Notes: generated from the sequence alone by a model not told the origin. A DNA stretch of 63,994 nucleotides, filler included, from Piedraia hortae CBS 480.64 (GCA_010093745.1; 3 parts of 3 records of this genome joined end to end with filler, not necessarily neighbours in it); one strand, 5' to 3'; counted from the first letter of the whole stretch, positions 34,879 through 47,603 are shown. A program made the numbers and translations.

Positions 34879-35676
34879 TCAAACAATCGACGGCCGTCGC
34901 GGGAAGCGAATGGTATCAGCCGCCGCGTCGTCGCAGAACCAACTGACGCTCCCTCCAGCTTGCTCATTCACCAGGCCGCACGGCAGTTCACGGCCCTGAT
35001 CCGTCTCAAAGATCTTCCTCAAAACCTCCCTCTTGCCCTCTCCCGTCGCAACGAAGCCAATCTTGGCCGCATGAACCACCACCGGCAGGCTCAGCGTGAT
35101 GCGCTTTGGCGGCGGTTTCGGTGCGTTGTCGAGCGACAGCACCCATGCATCCTTTTCCCGCAGCAGTTCATGGTCGGGGAACAGCGAACACGTGTGGCCG
35201 TCGGGTCCGCAGCCCAGCAGGATGAGATCGAAATGGGGCATCCGCACTGAATCCCGCGCGGCAAATACCGACACCAGTGTTTTCTCGTAGTCGTCGGCCA
35301 TTTCCTGCGGGTCATCAAGGTAAGCCTCGTTGATGGGATACGTCTTTGGCTTTGGCGAGCCCTCCGGGATGCGGGAGAGCACCTCGTCGTTGATGAGTTT
35401 GTGGTTGGAATCGTCGTCGGTCAGCGGGACACAACGCTCATCGGCGTAGAAAATCTCCCACTGGTCGAAGCGAACCTTGTCATCGTCGAATCCATTGGAC
35501 TGGACATTAAACAGGGCTTTTGCCAGAGTCTTGGGAAGCGAACCGCCGGAAACGGCGACGCGGAAGGTCCGCTGACGCTTGACGGCTTCGTTTTGGGCAT
35601 CCAGCACGAATCGACGCAGGCTGGGCGCCAGTTCGTCAATTGACGGGAACGAGTAGAGACTTGGTGGCCGACCCAT
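34879..35676 (-). CDS. SOL: 6-phosphogluconolactonase
   Basis: AVSGGSLP, ADERCVP, DSN, LLGCGPDGHTCSLFP and PKPPPKRIT motifs. Confidence 0.95.
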   Translation of the reverse strand: MGRPPSLYSFPSIDELAPSLRRFVLDAQNEAVKRQRTFRVAVSGGSLPKTLAKALFNVQSNGFDDDKVRFDQWEIFYADERCVPLTDDDSNHKLINDEVLSRIPEGSPKPKTYPINEAYLDDPQEMADDYEKTLVSVFAARDSVRMPHFDLILLGCGPDGHTCSLFPDHELLREKDAWVLSLDNAPKPPPKRITLSLPVVVHAAKIGFVATGEGKREVLRKIFETDQGRELPCGLVNEQAGGSVSWFCDDAAADTIRFPRRPSIV

Positions 35677-35952
35677 GGTTGTGTCTTTTTTTCTCCGCTG
35701 CCCCTCCATCCCGCTGCCAGCCCAGTGGTGACGTCACTGTCGTCACTGAAGTCTGTCATCCTTCCATGTCTGGTAGCATTTTGCCTTGCAAGTGGTCACA
35801 ATTATATTCCTCCGGCTGTTTAACCAATCACAGATCGAAACGTGAAGGTAAAGTGAAACCCCGCCAATTATAGGAGTTTTCATGACGCTGTGTAAGGTGG
35901 AAGGCAGTGTCCCAACTGGGCTATCATCAGCCTCCTTATTTCAATGCTATTT

Positions 35953-36170
35953 TGTCAGAACTCAGGGCCCTACGTCATGCGGAAGGGCCCGGTCCGTCCG
36001 CGGTCCGAGTCTAGTGGCACTGACTTTTCTCTCTTCTTCATGCGTTGTTCTCTGTCCACACAGGGTCTACGCAGTCCTCTCGTCCATAGTCCATTGCTTT
36101 GAGCTTCTCACCCTTCTCTCTCATCGATCCCTCGACCCCGACCCCTCGTCCTTAGCCTCGTGTCGTGACA
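35953..36170. mobile_element. Solo LTR (218 bp)
   Basis: TGTCA...TGACA termini; perfect TSD TATTT at 35948-35952 and 36171-36175. Confidence 0.85.
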
Positions 36171-36189
36171 TATTTTAATGCTATTTTCA

Positions 36190-39100
36190 CGCCTTCCCTA
36201 AAAAGCTGGAGCGTTTAACCACATTAGGAGGGTTGCTAGCCTCTCTGAAAATGGTGTGCGGAAAGTCCCGTTCGTGTCCTTTGCCTTGCAGAAACACGAC
36301 TCGCGTCAAGTATGTATCATTGTCCTCACACTAGCTTTCTGTGAACAGAATGGCGCAAATTTCCAATCCTAACCACCGGTTTAATCCAAAGACTCTTCCA
36401 TCAAACTATCAAGTTTGCCATGTGAGCGATCTGTCGATCGAAGGAGTTTACTTAATCCCAGAGGCTGCAACTGGTTGCATTCGAAGACAATCAATACTCG
36501 GCGTCCTTCTCGGTCACCAAGGATGCATTCAGTTGCAAGAAAGATTCCTCGAATAAATAAGATCCAGAGGGGGAGATTATCTGTTATGATCACAAGTGTT
36601 CGTGTGCTAGCATCCCGTCAAGTTCTGCCGATACCTCTCAGAAGCGTGCATGCCGCCACAATATTAGCATCGTCAAGAATGTTGAACTTGGAGGCTGGGT
36701 ACTGTCTTATCTCTGCAACTTGCATAACCACCCTCCTGTGCGTCAGAAGCTGGCGGACCCAGCATATCGACAATGGTGGCAACGTTGTCACACCGGTGTT
36801 GCTGAAGGTCAGGTGGAACGCCTTTCCTTAACTGCGAACATGTCGGCGGGAAAGATTGCGGCGACCTTGATGCCCCGCTGCTCGAGACCGAAACAAGTCC
36901 TCCGGAGTTACCAACGGCAAACCTGGAGTTTTTCTGGGGCGACAGAGACAACATATCGCCGCACCAGACCTCCATGGATGCCACTTCCAGCCAGCAGGGG
37001 CTGACAATCCCCATTACCGATAATGAGGTTGAAAACATCCAGCAAAAGCTCAGACGGGAGAAATTTGGCCCCTTTACGGCCACCCTGCTGTTTGTAGAGC
37101 AGCTGGAACGTAAGAGGCAACGCCATGGGGTGCTATACAAGATCGACCGCTCCTCGGACGGTCGTATCGAAAGGGTGCTGTGGACCTTCAAGTGCTCATT
37201 GGAAATGCGGGCTATGAACCCGGACCTGATTATTGTCGACAATGCATATAGCGTAGGTCCCTTCAGGTACCACCTTTTCTTGCTATGAGCGCTGAATAGC
37301 TCGTTAGGTCAATCTGTTCAATATGCCGTTATTCCAGATCGTCGGTACCACGGCATTACACACGAACTTCCCTATAGCCTCTGCTTTGACATCCTGAGAG
37401 GCCCAGCAAGACTTTGAGTGGGTCTTGGAGCAACTAAGTAGTCTTCTAGCGACACTCCACATCGATAAGCCGCAAGTTCTGTTGTCAGACTTTTGCAGAG
37501 CTTTTAAGAATGCGGCCAGCAGCGTTCTGCCAGACGTGCAGCAGCAGATCTGCATTTGGCACGTGAATAAAAGCATTGCGTATCACGTCAAAATAAGCAG
37601 GTTGGAAGTGGAGAGGATCCCGATGACGGAGAAGATGATAATGAGAATGTCTCGGACATCCCTCAAGGCCCTGTGGAGTTTTTGGAGCAGGAGGAGGAAG
37701 TTGTACCGAACCCGGCACACACGAACAACTAGGGAGTTGTAGAAGCAGCTGCACAGGTTGCTGATCGGCTTACCAGCCAGTATGAGGATACGGCCGATGT
37801 GCCTGAGGACGCGCCGCCAACCACCGGTCCCCTAGCAGTCCCGGGTGCGCCTTCGGAGGCTTATAGTGACCCCCATGATGGATTCGTCAAAGCGTGAGTC
37901 GACCTGACTCTCTGCTATAGGAGCAGTGGGAGCTCCTAGTTCGAACATTCGCCCGCCAGACCAGCGAGTGCCAAGGGACATGGCTCGAAAGTAAGCTGAC
38001 ATCATCTCCATAGGCTTGATCTCGTACTTAGAAACCCACTATTTTCATGCCCGACACCATTGGGCGAGTTTCAAGACAAGAACCTTCAAAAACGTTGGCC
38101 TATTGTCCACGGGACGGATTGAAAGCGCGCGTGCCGCCGTCAAGTGGCATTTGGAAAATCGTCTCAGCGATCTTTTTGGCCTGTACGAGGCCATCGTTCG
38201 CTATGTACAAACGACAAAGACGAAGTACGAAGTGCGATGTGCTGTCGATGGTCGTCGCGCGTACAATGCGGTGGAAAGCAATTATGCTCTTCAGCCATTG
38301 TCTTGACGAATTGCTTAGCTCCCGCTCAAACAGATTCATGACCAGTATAAGCTGGCTATAGACGAGTTGAGGCGCTTCGCGTCCCGGGGCAGCGATGCCC
38401 ACACTGTTTGCACTGGACAATTCCGAAGGCAGTGGGACTTGCCTTGCAGACACGAGATTCTCGGCCTCGTTCAAGACGCCGCGGCCCGCAACCTGGAAGC
38501 ACAGTTGAGCCAGCAGATGGTGGGTACTCGTTGGCATCTGGATGAAGCCACAATGGTCAGTCCAGAATATCCTGAAAGACGAAACCCAAGCTGACCAGAA
38601 TATAGCCCCAATCGGCAAGTGTTCGGGGACGACGAACAGAAAGCGACCCTCGCCAACTTCCCGGATACAGGCGATCAGCTCTGGGCTTTGCTGCAGTTCC
38701 GGAGCACCGCAGCTCGGGAGCAATCAGAGGGATGAACTCTGTCGCAAGAGAGCAAGCATAGGATAAAGAAGGAGCAGCCGTCATGTCACAAGTGACCAGC
38801 GAAGGGCAAGCAGCCGCTGCCCCGCCCAATCAAGTGCGTGGAGCAGCGCGGGGACGAGCAGGAACAAGACCAAACGGGAGGGCAAGAACCCAAGCAGCCA
38901 AACGAGCAGGTAGACGAACGACCGGACGAGGCAACCCAGCCCGTGGTTCGCGGAGTCGTGGAAGGGTGGCAAGAGCTCGTTCCGAAGGAACGCATGCACC
39001 TGTGGCTTCCGCGGACGAGGACATACTTGAAGCTTTGGCTCAGCTTTGGGCTAAGGTGCAGGCCTTAAGATAACAGCAAGGCAATAGATAGTGAAAGAAT

Positions 39101-39221
39101 GGAAGAGGGGTAGGAGACGGGAATTTTTGCGACAGTATGCTCATAGAGGCTAGCAACCATTTTATCGTGGTTAGATATACTAGCTTTCTAGGTGGATTAC
39201 CCTAGCTTTTCAAAGAGGGCG
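36190..39221 (+). mobile_element. Full-length Mutator-like element with decayed transposase
   Basis: 9-bp TSD CTATTTTCA at 36181-36189 and 39222-39230; TIRs of about 95-105 bp including exact GGTTGCTAGCCTCT; HNHPP, IIVDNAY, LLSDF..CIWHV, STGRIES and SWIM-like CTGQF..LPCRH motifs broken by stops and frameshifts. Confidence 0.92.
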
Positions 39222-39953
39222 CTATTTTCATGTTTGCTCTGGACTAGGCCATTCAAGAAATTAGTGGACTCTAATAGAGCGCTTTTTTCTATTGAGGGGA
39301 GGTCGGTAGTACTATCGAATGGAAGGGAAATAGCTTCCCAGTTCACTCTCACATTCGTTCACAAAAGTCTCAATGTAGACTTCCCAAGGAGTTCCGATAT
39401 TTTCGTTTACCCCTACCTCCGACCTAGACGGGCGAGATCATTTCCGTCCAGTTATTCTTGCCTCGTCATTACCATACCGTTGTTATCATAAAGCCGAAAC
39501 GATTCACTCTCTCTTCCAATGAAAATACCCAAGCTAGGACTGTACGGTTTCAGTGTCTGTCCGACTTCCCCGCACCTCGACTTGCTCCTTTGGGAAGTCT
39601 GCAATTGCACTTTGCGGGAACGCGGTTCTGTTTCCAAGACCCTGAATTTGTTGAACCCCGCTACAAAACCTCTCGCGAAGCAATTCAAAGCTAAAGTTCA
39701 AGCACTCTCCATCATCCTTCACAGCAGAGTTCCAATGAAGCTGCCTAATCCCAGAACATTCACCCATCAAACTTGTTCACCGCTCTAAATACTGCTCTCC
39801 TAACGACAGCAATGAACACCCCGCATGATGCACCATGCAGCTATTTTGTTCGCCACAGCGGCTAGCAAAGATTAAGCCAAACCAAAGCCAGTCTCATTGA
39901 ACCCCTTCTCTATACAAACCCTCCCAACACAACCCCTCCCAACCCCCTCAAAA

Positions 39954-40904
39954 ATGCCATCCAACCTCACAATCCTTGACCGCAAAATATCCCTCAACCC
40001 AAACGACTGGACCTATGTCTACCCACGCGAACGCCAGGTTCCCTTACTCGTAATCAGTGCCGGGATGCCACGCACCGGGACCTCCTGCACGTAAACCCTC
40101 ACCCTAACCCACCGCAAAAACTAACACCCCGCAGCCCTAACCGCCGCCCTCAAAATCCTAGGCTACAACGACGTGCACCACATGGCCAAGGTCGTCTCGA
40201 ACGTAGGAGAGAGCCACTACTGGCTCCGCGCGGCGGAGGCGAAATTCTTCGGGCGGGGGAAACCCTTCACAAAAGAAGACTGGGATGAGGTTCTGGGCTC
40301 ATGCATGGCAACGACGGATATGCCGTCTGCTGCGTTCGCGGACGATCTTATCGCCTCCTACCCCGAGGCGAAGGTTATTCTGAATTACAGGGATGTGGAT
40401 GCATGGTATGTTTCTATCAAGGAGACGATAGGGAGGATGATGGGTTCGTGGGTTTTGAGGGGTTTGGCCTTGCTGGGGGATCCGTTTTTGGGGAAGTATA
40501 TCCCCATGATGGATGCGGTTTGGGTGGGGTTTTTTGGGTGTGGGATTGAGGATGAGGAGGGAACGAAGAGGAGGTTTCGGGAGCATTATGAACATATTAG
40601 AGGAATCGTGCCGGATGAGAAGAGGTATGATATGAGGGTTGGGGAGGGGTGGGTGGGTTTGTGTAAATTTTTGGGGAAGGATGTTCCTAATGTGGAGTAT
40701 CCGAGGGTTAATGATAGGGAGGCGTTTGCGAAGGCTTTGAAAGTTTTTGTTAATGCTGCGGTTAAGAGGCTTGTGGTTAGGGTGGTGAGGATTGGGGTGT
40801 TTGCTGCGGTTGTTGGGGTGGGGGTTTGGTATACTGGGTTTTGGGGGGAGGTATGTGCGGGGGAGGTATGTGCGGGGGAGGTATGTGCGGGGGAGGTAGC
40901 TTGA
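39954..40904 (+). CDS. P-loop sulfotransferase-family protein, copy 1 (GC-AG intron 40087-40134)
   Basis: GMPRTGTSSL.AAL..LGY..VHHM, YPEAKVIL, GWVGLCKFLG and YPRVN motifs; C-terminal TM segment. Confidence 0.85.
40846..40899 (+). repeat. 15-bp tandem repeat encoding GEVCA, about 3.6 copies
   Basis: GGGGGAGGTATGTGC repeated. Confidence 0.9.
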
Positions 40905-41017
40905 ACAGTACTACCAGGGTGTCGTCATAGTGCAGGATACACGGCGGGACAAGGGGCACGTTCTTTGCATAACCCTCAATGTATATAAACTCCCGACCAG
41001 CAGCTATGTAACCCTCA

Positions 41018-41944
41018 ATGTCTCAGACAATACTCGAAAAAACGTTTGGCCAAAACCTCCTTGTTCACCCTTCGCAATGGGTCTACACGTACCCTCGCGA
41101 GCGACAGGTTCCATTACAGGTAATCTGCGTCGGAATGCCGCGTACCGGAACGGCGTGTATGCAACACACAGTAACCAATCCATAAATACTAACGGCCACA
41201 GCTCTCCGCGCAGCGCTCACAATGCTCGGCTATGGACACGTACACCACATGTCCACCGTGCTAAGCAACATTGGCGAAGCGCACTACTGGATCTCCGCTG
41301 GAAAAGCGAAATGGTTCTCCACTGGTCGAGTTTTCACACGAGCAGATTGGGATCAAGTTCTGTATTCATCCGGCGCAACGACGGATTTTCCTTCTTCGGC
41401 TTTTGCGGATGATTTGATCGCTGCGTACCCTGAGGCGAAGGTTGTGGTGAATTATCGTGATGTGGATGGCTGGTATAGGAGTATGATGGATACGGTGGGG
41501 AGGGAGATGACTTCGCCTATGAAAAAGTTTCTTGCCTTCTTGGGTGATCCGTATGTCACTGCTTGGAGGGATTTGGTGGATACCTTGTGGGGTGGGTTTT
41601 TTGCGTGTCCGATTGCTGATGAGAAGAGAGTCAAGGAAGTTTACGAACAGCATTATAATAGGATAAGGGAGATGGTACCCCCTGAGAGAAGGTATGAGAT
41701 GAGGATTGGAGAAGGGTGGGAGGGTCTTTGTAAGTTCTTGGGAAAAGATGTCCCTCAGGCTGAGTATCCGAGAGTAAACGATCGGGAGACGTTTGCCTTG
41801 GCTCAGGACTTTATATTGAAGGAGGCGCTCAAGAGGACTTTGTGGAGGGTTGGGAGTGGACTAGCGATTGCAACACTGGCGGTTGCGGCGGTGTTGTATG
41901 GAGATAGGTGTTGGGATTGGGCTCGTGGGATTATGAATCAATAG
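41018..41944 (+). CDS. P-loop sulfotransferase-family protein, copy 2 (intron 41157-41201)
   Basis: Tandem paralogue with the same motifs and intron position; TATATAAA near 40982. Confidence 0.85.
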
Positions 41945-41981
41945 TCTCTTGAAGCAATAGTATTATAGCCATCCTGGGTAT

Positions 41982-43679
41982 CTACACATTATCATCGCCA
42001 TCCCATTTGCCTTTGTCTTCAAACCCCTGACTTTTCATCTTCCGATGCTTTTTCGGAAAAGTATTTGACCTTGTGGGCCCGGTGTTGATAACAGTCTGCC
42101 GTAGATGGACCTGGGACGGACTAAAGGCGAGACGGTGCAGCAGCGTATGAACAGCAGCATCCAGGCTGAGTTCTATAGCAAGATGATTCCGCACCCGACT
42201 CAGCTCCGGCCAAGTCGCTCTCTCCCCGTTTGCCAGCGCCAGCGCTATTGACTCGGGCGTCGGGTTCGCCAGAATTGTCGGAAACTGCGCGTACGATATT
42301 TCAGGCAGAATGGTAATGTCCCCTGCATACCGCTGGCCCAAGACCGAGCACATCTTGGTCATGGTAGTGGGGAATATGCCCATTTCAGACAACATGTGCA
42401 TCCGGTGCAGGGCTTCTGCGCGCGCGAGGGAGGTCAACGTTTGGATCCATCCGTCTGCTGCCGTCTGGTTCGTCAGAAAAGGAACAACATGAGGATTCAC
42501 CTGCGACACGATGAAGTGATTGACGTTCAACATCTCGGCCAACCGCGTCATGGGAAGGTCGTTATCAACGGAGCCGTCGATCCACCGTGTGGCATCATCT
42601 GTCCACTGGCCAATTGCTCCCGTCCGCGGGTCCTTTGCTTGCAGCTGTGCGGCTGAAAAAACGAGCGGCACAGAGCACGAAGCAGCCACGGCTGACCAGA
42701 TCATCACGTCCGGCGCCGTAATGTAATTCAGCAGCCGTGGCTGTTCGTACACTCCCGCACTGGATACGCAAATGTTCAGTATCCGCTGTGTCCGGTTGTA
42801 CGCCTCTTGGAATGTCATGTTGCCCAGCAACTGCTTCATCACCCGCTCCAGGTTCTTGACATCGTAGATGACACCCGTAGTCAGAAACCGCGTCAGGCGA
42901 GCGCCCATCGTCGCTTCCTCTCCCGCGGCCTCAAAAAAGTCCAGATCGCCATGCGCAAACGCGTCCAGGACGTTGTCCATTTCATCGTCGGTACTAGTGC
43001 ACAGCACGGCGCAGACGATGCTCCCCGCCGACGCCCCCGAGATGATGCGCGGTAACAGTCTCGCTTCGGCCAGCGTCTTGACGACCCCAACATGATTCAG
43101 GCCTAATGTTCCGCCGCCCGACAGCAACAACGCCGAGCGACCGAACGATTGTCGCGCCAGCTTCATCTCCTCAAACAAGGGCAGCGGGTCCAGAGTGGGC
43201 GATGCAGCCACGGCTTCAATCGCCGCAACAACAGCATCAATGTACCTCTCAATCAGCCGCTTCGTGCCGGTGCGACTATGTCTGTAGAGTCCGACGTGGC
43301 CCATGCCGCCAAGATTCCTTGTCAAGCCGGAGCGGATTTGCAGCATGAGATCTGCAAAGTCGCCTTTTCGCCGCGACTCCTCCAGCCTATACAGCCGCGC
43401 CTGAACAAGTTCGACATCGTACTCGTCTGACTCGTCCTCTTCCTTCCACTCGCCTGCGCCATCCAGTTCGTCCAGTTCTTCGGCTGCAGCCTGCCATTCA
43501 GCCGCCGTTGTCGCCGCCGCTAATCGCAGGAGGTAGAACTGTCTCTCGCTGTCTGGCCGTGACGGTCGCCTCCAGTTGCGCGCAATCTTTCCAAGCGGCC
43601 GCAACACGTCAGACGGCCGCAAAACTCTAGACGGCCATCGCGGCTGCGCCTCAATCCAGTGTCTGCTTGGCCATTCCAT
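41982..43679 (-). CDS. TGL4: Patatin-like triacylglycerol lipase (Tgl3/4/5 family)
   Basis: LSGGGTLG, GASAG, WIDGS and NHFIVSQVNPH motifs. Confidence 0.88.
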   Translation of the reverse strand: MEWPSRHWIEAQPRWPSRVLRPSDVLRPLGKIARNWRRPSRPDSERQFYLLRLAAATTAAEWQAAAEELDELDGAGEWKEEDESDEYDVELVQARLYRLEESRRKGDFADLMLQIRSGLTRNLGGMGHVGLYRHSRTGTKRLIERYIDAVVAAIEAVAASPTLDPLPLFEEMKLARQSFGRSALLLSGGGTLGLNHVGVVKTLAEARLLPRIISGASAGSIVCAVLCTSTDDEMDNVLDAFAHGDLDFFEAAGEEATMGARLTRFLTTGVIYDVKNLERVMKQLLGNMTFQEAYNRTQRILNICVSSAGVYEQPRLLNYITAPDVMIWSAVAASCSVPLVFSAAQLQAKDPRTGAIGQWTDDATRWIDGSVDNDLPMTRLAEMLNVNHFIVSQVNPHVVPFLTNQTAADGWIQTLTSLARAEALHRMHMLSEMGIFPTTMTKMCSVLGQRYAGDITILPEISYAQFPTILANPTPESIALALANGERATWPELSRVRNHLAIELSLDAAVHTLLHRLAFSPSQVHLRQTVINTGPTRSNTFPKKHRKMKSQGFEDKGKWDGDDNV

Positions 43680-44066
43680 GAATCGATGGTGCTGCCCTGC
43701 CGGCTGATAAGTGCCATCTCGGCCGCTTCTGTCTGGACGTTGGTGCCTAGCACGTGGCGCCCCTGGTCCCACGCCGAGGTTCAGCCACCGTCAGTCACGG
43801 GCGGAGCCGAGCGGGCCCGAGCGGGGCCGAGCTATCGTCTGACGCCGCCAGTCGGGAGACTTGCCCGGCTGATGTGTAGCGGTGAGTCTATATGTGTCTA
43901 GTGATGAGCGTGTGGATGTAGAGTCATCAGTGTAGCGACGACTCCCGCCGTCGTACCTACAGCAGCGACTGCGCCACCGTCTGCGACATCCTGGTCGCCC
44001 CGCCAACCACCACGCAGGAACATCAGCCCTGTCATGACGTCATGTCAACCACGCAACCAGGCACCC

Positions 44067-44158
44067 TATTATAATTGTGAGCAGATGTGTACCTGCATAC
44101 AAATCTCTACGGAAAACTAGTTGACGCGTGAAGTCGAGAGCCGAGCGACGGTTACTAA
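44067..44158 (-). mobile_element. LTR family A, partial copy at contig end
   Basis: Identical to 22136-22227. Confidence 0.9.
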
Positions 44159-44258
44159 NNNNNNNNNNNNNNNNNNNNNNNNNNNNNNNNNNNNNNNNNN
44201 NNTTAATTAATTAANNNNNNNNNNNNNNNNNNNNNNNNNNNNNNNNNNNNNNNNNNNN
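44159..44258. other. Artificial contig linker
   Basis: N44-TTAATTAATTAA-N44. Confidence 0.97.
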
Positions 44259-44298
44259 TGACTTGCTATGCAAGTGCCCTGCATACGCGCTAGCGGCG

Positions 44299-45600
44299 AT
44301 GCTTGAATCCAACACGCAGTTCAATAGACTGCCTGCAAAAATCCGAATTGCAATCTTGATGTGCTTAGACGGGGATCATGCAGCGATATTCATCGCTCTG
44401 TCCGTTTGCAAAGAATGTGCAGACGTGCTTACGGACCTACTTTGGAAAGATGCCAGCCCTGATAAATTCAAAGGATTGCCTCTTGCTAAGAAACAGTATT
44501 ATGCAAATAAGGTCCAAAGTATGCTTAAAAGCCTTGACCACATGTGATTGCCCTCATCACAAGCCAGGTCGGCGAAATCGTTCCATCGCGCAATCCTTCC
44601 TATCAACTTTAAAGACATTGTTTTCGCGGGACTGCGCACCAGGGATAATGGTCTCCTAATCGCCCCTGAAAATTGCCCCGAGCCACAAGAAGTCTCAATT
44701 ATCTTGAAAAACGACACATGGCGCCTTCTCGGTTTTCTGGAAACGCTGAAGAAACTTTCGCATCTGGAATTCCTGTCGATTATCGCATCGCCAGTGCCAC
44801 CCCTCTCTGTGCATTACGACATCCTATTGCTCGTTGCACAGAACCATAACATTCACACTTTTCTCTATCAAGATCAAAAGCTTGAATCCCAGTCGATGCA
44901 AAGACTCTTAACCGAGATTGAGCATCCGCTGTTTCATCTGAAGGAACTATCGGTGGAGCTTCTACGGGAAACTCATACCTCTCCTTCCCCGCCTGCTAAG
45001 CGAAAATTTAACAAAGCCCTGCCTAACGTTACATAGACAATATAAAAATATACCCTCCCTTGCCAGCAATCCTCCAAAGTCGGACCTTTTAGCCATCCAA
45101 GTCATAGGCAAAGGTACGATCAGCCGCCTGAACGTGCAAAGCCTCCAGACGTTAAAGCGAATGAAATACTTTGACGTTCGATCTTGTCTGGCCAGGATAG
45201 ACGGACTCCACGCCGACCTTTTATTCCGCGATGAAGATATGTTTGACGTTCTCTCAATTTGGAGTGAATTGTGAAGCTTCTCGTTTGGGTTAAAAAACTT
45301 CAATTTTGACATAAAATGGTTGGTAGAGCTCTGGAAAAGATGCCCGAAGCTGGAGATGAGCTGTATGGAAAGAGCTTTCAACATGCGTAAGCTGCCAATG
45401 GATTCCACGAAACTGCTGTTTCCACATCTACACACCTTTCAGGTCCTTGCCGTCTTGCCGACTGAGATTTCACTTGCGTGAGTTTTCTGTAATTCACGCC
45501 GGAGTTGTTCATTTGACCGAGGCGTTGTAGATCTAAAAAGGAAAAGAAAGCCGCAGCCCAGAATGTGCGTAGGCTGCTCCTTCATCATCTGCCCGCACTC
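44299..45600 (+). pseudogene. Decayed F-box/LRR-like gene
   Basis: FNRLPAKIRIAIL..LSVCKE at the start, then Leu-rich repeat-like segments with stops and frameshifts. Confidence 0.5.
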
Positions 45601-46263
45601 ACAATATTACTCGCAATTGCCGTTGATCCCGGGGCAACAGACGTTTGCGAAATGTTGTCCGACCTCTACCCAAGTTCAAGTTTTATCAACATCAAGTTCT
45701 TCCTAACCACTGACCGAGTGTTGCCAGTAATTATGGCGAATTCCTCGGCCAAGCACACTTCTTAATCAGCTCTTCAATTTCTCGGGATACAACGGCAGCC
45801 TACGAAGTCAACTCCAACGAACATGACTTCACAGAATGCTAGAAAAACGGACCGTACGATGTCGATTCAAACCAGTACAGCAGTAATATACAGTTCAGTT
45901 ATTACATATATTGATATAAACTCTTCTTGTCCTTCCTCCACTCCTTTTGTGTCTTGCTCTTACATGAAGTGTTTCTGCCTCTGGACGATGCTCTTTTCCC
46001 ATTATGCGCGCCAAGCTGAACTGACTCAGTTGGCTACACTCTGTCATCCACGTTACTGCCACATCTTGGACATCTTTTGGCGGAGGTGTGATGTCCCTGC
46101 CTCTTGGATTACTGCACTCAGGAGCTCGTGCTTTTCACGTATCCGCAATCGCATCGTCTATCGATACCCGGAGAAATGTATTCAGGCCGATATGCCCTGT
46201 TCCGAGGGGCGTTATCGTAGTGCTTTGTGGTATGTAGCTTATTTTATCCGACTATTAAACAGA

Positions 46264-47603
46264 TTACTTGCCTTTCCGCCCTTTTACAAAACCGACGAGA
46301 TTCTCAATCACGCCCTCAAACGCCTCCTTTTCTTTAAAGCTTTCGTTTTTGCGTCGCTGCCAGTACTCCAGCACACTGCTCGCCTCTTGCGTCAACAGGT
46401 TCAGTCTCGCAACGTGTGCATTCAGTTCTGCGTCACTGAAAGCACTCATGGCCTGACCTGTTGTACTGCATAATAGAGCAGCATTGTTCGAATCAAAGTC
46501 TGGTGGTGGAGATGGATCTCGACGCCGTTTGGAAGGCTTCGTCTGGGCGTTTTTGGAGTTTAGCGAGGTACTGCTTGAATTGGCCCGTGAACCCTTGAGG
46601 CGCTCAAGGGTGGAAGACGAGCGGGAAGCGGAGGTGTTGATGTTGGGGAGGACAAGGCGCTTTTGCTGTGAAGGCGGCAGGATTTCATCGAGATCTACAG
46701 GAACTCCAAGACTGACGAGGAATAAGCGGCGAGTGCGGCTTCTGGTCCAGTTGGGCGGTTGTATGGGAGGTGGTGAGATGAGTTGTTGCCAAAGTGATAG
46801 GGATCGTTCAGAGAGGAAGGGGGAAGAGTTGCTTGAATTGACTTCTGGAGCTTCACTTTGGACTTGTGATCGGGTTTCGTCAGGAAAGATGGCGGAAAGG
46901 TAAGGCTCAATGGCCTGGCCTATATCTTCGCCAGTATTGCAGCCAGAAAGATGCATCGAAGGCTGAAGTGATGCGGTCAGCTGACTGGGCAATATACATG
47001 GACGGTTCTGCTCACAAGATCATCTAAAGTGGAAGATATCGAAGAGGCTATGGCAGATGTAGACAATGGCCGTGACTCTGCGCAAGGCACGGGAATATTA
47101 TCTTCGTCTGCAACATCGAAATCACCAAAATCGTCATCACCATCCTCTTGGTTGAAATCATCAAAATCATCACCCTCATCTCTGTCTGCCTTTTCAACTG
47201 CAAAGGTAGACGGTGATTTATCATCTAGACTGACTTCTGCAGCATTTCGTTTGCTACTAGGCATCATTAGCCAACAATTCAACGTGGCTGTTCTTGAGAC
47301 TAACCTACCGTTGGCATTGACACCGCTTTTCGCTTCCTCCGGCGCCTCTCGCACCTCGTCTGGCTGGGCATCCGCCTTCCGCAGCTCACGTGCCATTGTT
47401 CCTTCCTTCTCGCCGTATGCAGGCTGATCATCTACTCGTTCAACCACCGTCTTGGGGATTGGCGAACCTCCTGCAGATTGCGGACGAGGAGAAGGGGGGG
47501 AACCGCCTTCAGATGCGGATGAAAAGTGGTCACTGTCACTATCGGGCATGTCAGTGGTACCGCTATCTTCGGCCTGAACGGTTGGTGGCTTCAAAGTGGA
47601 CAT
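46264..47603 (-). CDS. Conserved fungal protein with acidic DFxDF/FGDF motifs (probably two introns)
   Basis: DDFDDF, DDDFGDF, RRLFLVSLGVPVDLDEILP and EKEAFEGVIENLV. Confidence 0.75.
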
